A DNA stretch of 63,468 nt, counting the filler, from Licmophora abbreviata (Eukaryota): the NCBI GenBank assembly GCA_900291995.1. It is 18 parts of 18 records of this genome, joined end to end, with 100 filler letters (N's around TTAATTAATTAA, not from the genome) between each part and the next. Parts side by side here need not be neighbours in the genome. Positions count along the whole stretch, not along the records: positions 57,557 to 59,110 come from OLMU01002431.1; positions 59,211 to 60,891 come from OLMU01002435.1; positions 60,992 to 63,468 come from OLMU01002442.1; 15 more parts are not named here. One strand, written 5' to 3'. Made by a program: the position numbers and the translations under genes. This document shows, piece by piece, positions 57,737 to 63,468 of the stretch. The notes beneath the pieces are model-generated. The model had not been told where the DNA came from, searched no databases, and saw only the letters and a list, made by a program, of their open reading frames with translations. Each line of letters opens with the position of its first letter. Position 1 is the first letter of the stretch.

Positions 57737-58828
57737 CTACCATGCCACCTCGTTGGTCCAGTACACACTCGGTGGTGCCTTGGAGCCGGCGTCCGCATCG
57801 ACCTGATTCGTTTCCACTAGCCACGACATGAGACCGTCGTAGAAGTCGCTCGACATCATGTTGTCATTCGGGAATGCCGGAAGCGTCGCTTTCAGCGTCT
57901 CTTCTTGCACTCGACGTTCGGTGGGATTGTCTTTAGAAAAGCCGCCAATTTGTTCTTCATAATACTGCTTGGCAAGTTCGGGGTACTGGTGGATGACTCC
58001 GGTAGCACGCCTCAACGCCAGTACTAGCTTGCGAAAGTCTTGTTTGCGCGTGCGGAAGGTCTCGGGCGTTGTAAATAAGACCAACTGACAGAAATCTGGT
58101 ACTCCCCACTCCTTCAAACTGAAAAAGCTCACATTCATGCCCCGCGCTTTGGCTTCTGGGATTTCAAAGTTCCAAAAGACAAGAGTAGCGACGTTGGCGT
58201 GGTTGTTTTGGAGTGCGTCCGTATGGAAGAAGCCCCCATTGTACTTGCCATAGGAATCGACAGTACAACCCATCTTGTTTCCATCTGCCTGGACCATGGT
58301 ATGGACAATGGCCGGGCCGCCAGGCCCGGGCGAGCCGGGATAGGTAATGGTCGCTCCGCACATATCGGAAGGTCGGTGTATAGCAGTCGCATTGTACATG
58401 ACACCACCGTCGGTGTGAAAGAAGCGCATGAATCCCAAGACAGGCTTTTGGTGTGCAGCGTCCAGGGCGAGGTGGAGCGGTTCGGAAATAGCAACGTCGA
58501 TGTTGCCGTTCAGGATTTCCTGTTCCGCCTCCCAGTGGTCCTTGGGTTCGATGAGTTGAACGTCGAGACCGAGTGAACGGAAGATGCCGTGTTTTTCAGC
58601 AACAATGAGGGGCAAGTGATCGGGGTTGAGGAACCACTCGAGGCCGAGTCTAATCTTGGTGGTGCAGGTACTGGTAGTCCCATCGTCGTTCGCGTCGTTG
58701 ACGACGACGGCGCATGTGCCATCACGCATGTCGTCAGTGCTAGTATCGGCCAGTGTCGAGTGCAAAAGGAGCGCTGCTAGAAGCAGCAGTAGAAACAGTA
58801 GGCTGTGGAGAAAGGGTGTCGTTGTCAT
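57737..58828 (-). CDS. Secreted NMT1/THI5-family (ThiY/SsuA-like) substrate-binding protein
   Basis: Signal peptide, LEWFLNPDHLPLIVAEKHGIFRSLGLDV, DVAISEPLH, FWNFE and WGVPDFCQLVL. Intronless. Confidence 0.85.
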   Translation of the reverse strand: MTTTPFLHSLLFLLLLLAALLLHSTLADTSTDDMRDGTCAVVVNDANDDGTTSTCTTKIRLGLEWFLNPDHLPLIVAEKHGIFRSLGLDVQLIEPKDHWEAEQEILNGNIDVAISEPLHLALDAAHQKPVLGFMRFFHTDGGVMYNATAIHRPSDMCGATITYPGSPGPGGPAIVHTMVQADGNKMGCTVDSYGKYNGGFFHTDALQNNHANVATLVFWNFEIPEAKARGMNVSFFSLKEWGVPDFCQLVLFTTPETFRTRKQDFRKLVLALRRATGVIHQYPELAKQYYEEQIGGFSKDNPTERRVQEETLKATLPAFPNDNMMSSDFYDGLMSWLVETNQVDADAGSKAPPSVYWTNEVAW

Positions 58829-59296
58829 GATTGATGATTGTGTTGTGATGGGATGCTTGACCTAGTCTATGATGCCTAGATCTACTAGACCTACAGGAAT
58901 GACATACCGCCGCGATATCGTTCGTGCCATCGTCGGCGGCGCTAAAAGTTTTCTCTCGCGAGCTCTTTGGTACCAGGTACGAAATCTTTTTCTACTTTTT
59001 CTACTCACAGTTTCGTCACATTCGTCCTCCACGCGCACCTCATCATCATCATCATCATCCATGGTGGCGAGCATGAGGATGCTGCTACTGAGGATGCACG
59101 GCAGCTGTCGNNNNNNNNNNNNNNNNNNNNNNNNNNNNNNNNNNNNNNNNNNNNTTAATTAATTAANNNNNNNNNNNNNNNNNNNNNNNNNNNNNNNNNN
59201 NNNNNNNNNNCCAACTTCACTTCTCGCCATGATCGCGCAGTGACGTACGCATCACTTAACGAAACACTACCAACTTTATTCGAAAACAACCTGCCC

Positions 59297-59320
59297 CACA
59301 CACACACACACACACACACA
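59297..59320. repeat. (CA)12 microsatellite
   Basis: Read directly. Confidence 0.9.
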
Positions 59321-59586
59321 GCAGCTAGTGAACGGTGGCTCGCGCGCCGGGCCTGCCTTCGAGCTCGGATGTGAGATAGCTCGCATATGTGACGTAGATA
59401 AGAACGGCCCTGCCCTACCCTCACACACACAAACTTTGGCGCCAAAAAAGACCAACAGTAATGACATGAATCCACTACGAATCTTCACAAGAGAGCGGAA
59501 GATTCCAGGTTCACGGTGTAAAATGATCGTATCTTTCGCTGGTGTGTCACGTGTTCGAGCGATACGAGAAACGGAAAAGAAAGAAG

Positions 59587-60245
59587 ATGATGTTCAGGGT
59601 GTTAATGGCGACATGTCTCATGCTGCTGATGGCAGCCGAAAGTGTGAATGCCTTTCTCTGCGATTTGGACACCAACGAAGGCTGCCTGTATGTTGCTCTC
59701 TTTTTTTTACTGTCCCGTTTGATTTGTACTCCTATCAATGTTCCGAACTAATCTCTGTTTTTGCATGTCACGTTTCTGAATTCAGAAATGGCGGTGTTTG
59801 TGTAGCCCGCGGCAGCTACAATCTATGTGATTGCTCAAAGACTGTGGATACTCGATTGGCAACTCGCTACGTCGGTCAAAGATGTGATATCCGTGTGGAA
59901 CATCCGACTGGCTTCTGTAGCGACTCGGCCCATCTTACGGGCGTTGCCTTTTGTGTCAACAATGGAACTTGCCGTCCTCCACAAGCTCTTGATTTTCCAA
60001 CTCGACCTTGCCTCTGTCCATCGGCTTTCCATGGCTTGCACTGTGAGTTTGAAAATGGAAACGACGGTATCACCGATAACCTTGAAGCTACCGGCAGCGC
60101 TGATGGTGGAAACGATGGATGGGTGCATGGAATTGGTTACCCAGCTGTCCTTGTGGTAGGCGTACTCCTTGGAGCTTGTATTCGTCGCAACAAGAAAGGT
60201 GATGTCGTGTTTGCATTCTCTTCGAATGGTCGCCATATCGACTAG
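59587..60245 (+). CDS. Small type I membrane protein with two EGF-like domains; exons 59587-59687, 59786-60245
   Basis: Signal peptide, CLNGGVC..CDC..YVGQRC and FCVNNGTC..CLCPSAFHGLHCE, then a TM helix followed by RRNKK. Confidence 0.75.
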
Positions 60246-60496
60246 TGAGATGTCCAGTATCTGAACTAGCGAGACGAGTCACTCTAGACTTAAGTTCTAC
60301 TCCGAGTAGGAATAAGAATAGGTTGGATCTAGCTAGCTAGAATGAAATGCATTCAAATACTAAACCTTATCACTTACTTTTGTGCTCAAAGCACTTGCTA
60401 CGGTTGTGAACTTTGGATCATCAGAGGCTGCACGGGCTCCTGCCACTTGCTGTGTCTTCATCCAACAACTTATCAAAGATTGGCCTTGCACCATCT

Positions 60497-60891
60497 TTAA
60501 TGGGGAATATTTGGCTTGTAGATGTACCACTGTCCACCACGGTCGCCATCGAAGTCATCAATGATACCGCAGTTGAGATTGTGAGCCTGCAAACCGATAA
60601 GGATATCCTTGTCGTTGATGTCGACCTTGGCCTCGGCCTCACGCTTCTTGAAGCCTCGATGATTGGCAGGCAACTTGAAGGTACCGTCGTCATTCTTGTA
60701 CAACAAACCGGACAAATCGAAAACGCCCGAAAACTCGTGAGAGGAGCCACCGCACGAGGTACCAGCCGGCACCGACACGCCGGCGGTCATGCGCGTGTTC
60801 AAGCTTCCGCCCGAGATGGCGGAGAGGTAGTATTTCAACTCTTTGCCGTCGTCCTTGTGTTCCAATTTGCTGATGAACATGCGCTCGCCAA
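60497..60891 (-). CDS. C-terminal fragment of a conserved protein, possibly an atypical algal alkaline phosphatase
   Basis: ERMFI..YYLSAISGG.LNTRM..HEFSGVFDLSGLL..GLQAH..DRGGQW resembles, from memory, atypical algal/cyanobacterial phosphatase C-termini. Truncated by a gap. Confidence 0.4.
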
Positions 60892-60991
60892 NNNNNNNNN
60901 NNNNNNNNNNNNNNNNNNNNNNNNNNNNNNNNNNNTTAATTAATTAANNNNNNNNNNNNNNNNNNNNNNNNNNNNNNNNNNNNNNNNNNNN

Positions 60992-62070
60992 CGCATGCTG
61001 CCTCTATTGCCCCCATTCTTAGCCCACCATTGGATTTCGATGCGACAGACAGAGCCGTATCGTTCGACGACCCTCCTCCAAAATGCAATCCATTGTGTCC
61101 CTGGAGTTTCCTGTCCACTGTACTTTTGCTTGTGCTGCTCGTGGCCTCCAGTGTCAAGGAGACATGGACCTTTAATCCAGGGGAGACGCGGTATGTACCA
61201 GTACAGGGTTGGTTTACTCGTGACATTCATATCGTTGCCCAGACATCCAACAGTGTCAATGTGTACGATATCCACGGCCAGTGTCCACCGCTAAATGGAC
61301 CTCCCGTCGCTCTATCGGACAAGATCAACATCAAGCTCCCGTCGGGCGACTATCAGTTTGATTATTTTTTTCTCAACAAGGGATCGACTGTTGATCTGGT
61401 GGTGACGCAAGGAGCGGGAGCAACCAATGTGATGATATTGAAGGGCACTGATTCTCTCCAAGAGAGTGACGAAGAGGACGACGATGAGAGTTTCAGCAAG
61501 CAGGCGATCTTGACAAGATATGCCGGAGAAGGGCAGGAGATACATGTCCAGTACGTGGTTTCTTCGAATGACATGTATGTTCTATTGTACGATAGCGCAT
61601 CGTCTCAGACAGGACATGCTACCGTGCAGTATCATGTCAATCTCACCACCTACAATTTGGATGGCTTCGACCCCATCTCGACTTGCTCGCCGCTCGAGTG
61701 CGACACGACTGTCAGCACTACGCAGTGCATTCTCATCCAGGCGGTTCAGGATTCTCCAGCACAGACTAGTCACAAGACAAAGACGGAACCGACGACGGTC
61801 CACATTACGTCCGACCGACGATGGCCCTCGATAGTCTTTGTCGCGCTACTCCCTCTGGTGGCGGGTTTCCTGGTGCGATGGCGATCATCGTCCGACGCTG
61901 CTTCCAAACTTGCCTATGATTCAATACCCCCCATGCCGCCGCCTCCGTCGACGGTAGATCTACCCAAGGCCCCGTCGGCTCCTGTCGAACCCGACAACGA
62001 CTACGAGTCGATTCCGATTGTCACAGGGCCGTACGTCATGCCAGTTGCTGTACCAGTCGAGACACAGTAA
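60992..62070 (+). CDS. Two-TM membrane protein with an APD1-4-like luminal domain, 5'-partial
   Basis: TM helix, GDYQFDYFFLNKGSTVDL, a second TM helix and a Pro-rich tail (PSAP). No RING domain seen. Confidence 0.55.
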
Positions 62071-62484
62071 TAGCAGTTGAAGTATTGAGCGTGTAGACTA
62101 CTAAACAAAGAGGAGGATACAGATGTAAATATAGTTTTAGTAGAGGCTTATACAGCTATCCGCGAACATGCGGGGTCAACAGTAAAGCAAGATGCTACAA
62201 AGCAACGATCGACGTGAAAGTCTAGACGCAGGAAGTGTAGCTAGCGAGGCTCGCATCCATTGGACAAAACAAAACCAACTCTCTGTAGAGGAGTGGCGTT
62301 AAAGAACGCCTTAGTGCCTTAAGTCGGCAGGAGAGAGTCGGTGGTGTGGGTTTCGAAGAGGACGCTTGCACGGGTAGCAAGATGGAGAGGTTTGGTACGC
62401 ATGTACCATGAATGTGTAGTGTTGTATAGCGTAGAGTGTGATGCATGCATATCAATGCAAGTGAAGAAATGAAGAGTAGTGTTT

Positions 62485-63375
62485 TCAAAAGAACACACCC
62501 AAGACGTCGTCGACAGTGTCGGCGGCCTTGGCCCACTCCACTTCGGCGTCATGGTTGACGGCCTTGGGAGCGGTGGGTGCTTGAAAGGCGAGACCTCCGG
62601 TAGAAGGCTTGTAGGTCTCGACGGTTGACGTAGTCTCAGGAGCTTCGTCTTCGCCTTCCATTTCGATGAACCATCCGTAGCTGTCCTTAGCGGGCGTCTC
62701 GGGCACGGGCAACAGCTGGCCCGAGCTCTTCCGAGTTAGAGAGGAGCTGCATGTAGAATCGCTAACGGCGGCAGGCAAGTGCGGAAAAGCCAGGTCTCCA
62801 AGGTCTTCCTCGCTCTCGTTACTGGAGGCACTCGACACGCAGTGGAGCTGGTAAGAGAGGGAGTTTTGCCGAGAAGGCTGGGTCTTGGAAAAGGATTCGC
62901 GGGGCTGAGTCGTTTGGGCGAGAAGTGCGGTAGCAGGTCCATTGAAAAGGTCGACGGTGTTTCCCATTTGCTCAGACTGCGACTCCGTCTGAGATTCCAG
63001 ATTGACGTAGGACTTGGAGCACCGGCAAAAAGCGCGAGTAAGAGAGAGACGGCTCCTCTTGGCAGGGCTGGAGTGATCGAGTCGCGGATCATCGTGGGGA
63101 GGCAAAGAAGAGTTCGCCTGAGCGATGTCTGCAAAGATCCCCGACAGGAAATCCGAGTTGTAGGGCGACAGGACGACACTCTGTCGCTCATCACTGACCG
63201 ATCGCTTTTTCAGATTGAATCGAACGGCGGCAGCGTTTTCCCCTCGCTGGGAATCGAGCCTGGACATGCTCACTCGTCGTGTTGGACACTGAATCTCGAC
63301 TGGGTCGCTCATTCGGCTATTGATCGTCTCGGCAGCTTGCTCTACGTATTTCGCTTGTTCTGTAGAGGGCACCAT
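62485..63375 (-). CDS. Uncharacterised disordered protein with a motif-like C-terminus
   Basis: Long ORF with SDFLSGIFADIA, DSYGWFIEME and AEVEWAKAADTVDDVLGVFF segments. Confidence 0.6.
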   Translation of the reverse strand: MVPSTEQAKYVEQAAETINSRMSDPVEIQCPTRRVSMSRLDSQRGENAAAVRFNLKKRSVSDERQSVVLSPYNSDFLSGIFADIAQANSSLPPHDDPRLDHSSPAKRSRLSLTRAFCRCSKSYVNLESQTESQSEQMGNTVDLFNGPATALLAQTTQPRESFSKTQPSRQNSLSYQLHCVSSASSNESEEDLGDLAFPHLPAAVSDSTCSSSLTRKSSGQLLPVPETPAKDSYGWFIEMEGEDEAPETTSTVETYKPSTGGLAFQAPTAPKAVNHDAEVEWAKAADTVDDVLGVFF

Positions 63376-63468
63376 GGTATAAGACTTGTCAAGAAGACGA
63401 TCAAACGGCGTAACCGAGCACTCAACGGTTGAGATATCACACAACAACAACGATAACTGAGAGGTAGC

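Noticed and set aside
4763..58828. Vitamin/cofactor gene cluster (RibD-like, nadC, THI5-like, TPP-dependent transketolase)
   Set aside because: The genes are scattered among unrelated housekeeping genes, which is consistent with chance.
58862..59110. Short ORF fragment next to a gap with a poly-Asp/(CAT)n tract
   Set aside because: Too short and truncated to support a gene call.
11639..60991. TTAATTAATTAA repeated 17 times, superficially like a repeat array
   Set aside because: It is always centred in a 100-bp N block and has stops in all six frames, so it is an assembly linker, not biology.

Overview
Gene-dense (~1 gene per 1.8 kb) eukaryotic nuclear DNA of roughly balanced GC with short spliceosomal introns. 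It is most likely a diatom, inferred from bipartite signal peptide + 'ASAF-like' plastid presequences on ClpP, LeuA, EttA and transketolase, an RxL-type propeptide motif, and type-II LRR and Pro/Ser/Thr-rich secreted proteins. It is a draft scaffold: 17 artificial 100-bp gaps (N44-TTAATTAATTAA-N44) interrupt it, several genes run across them, and at least six otherwise intact genes carry apparent 1-nt frameshifts, mostly in homopolymers (probable sequencing errors). About 35 protein genes and one intron-containing tRNA-Arg(UCU) are recognisable. They include a CaMK-like kinase, SNW1, a RibD-type reductase, DNAJB12-like, golgin-84, SART3-like, RPL24, ClpP, NadC, an atypical CLC, LeuA (GC-AG intron), two twin-CX9C proteins, Tic22-like, an LRR protein, two GH5 glucanase paralogs, neuroguidin, EttA, a peroxisomal-type carrier, VPS36, transketolase and an NMT1/THI5-like protein. 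The most interesting items are (1) a >1,800-aa secreted mucin-like protein with four copies of an unnamed ~195-aa Cys/Gly domain plus a bacterial-type Ig-like repeat, (2) a secreted ThiY-like vitamin-B1-precursor-binding candidate lacking THI5 catalytic motifs, (3) a GPI-anchored TIMP/NTR-like protein, (4) a Tic22 with an apparent twin-arginine lumen signal, and (5) a prokaryote-type CLC with a non-canonical filter. No CRISPR, rRNA or intact mobile element was seen. All family assignments come from motif recognition by eye, not database searches.
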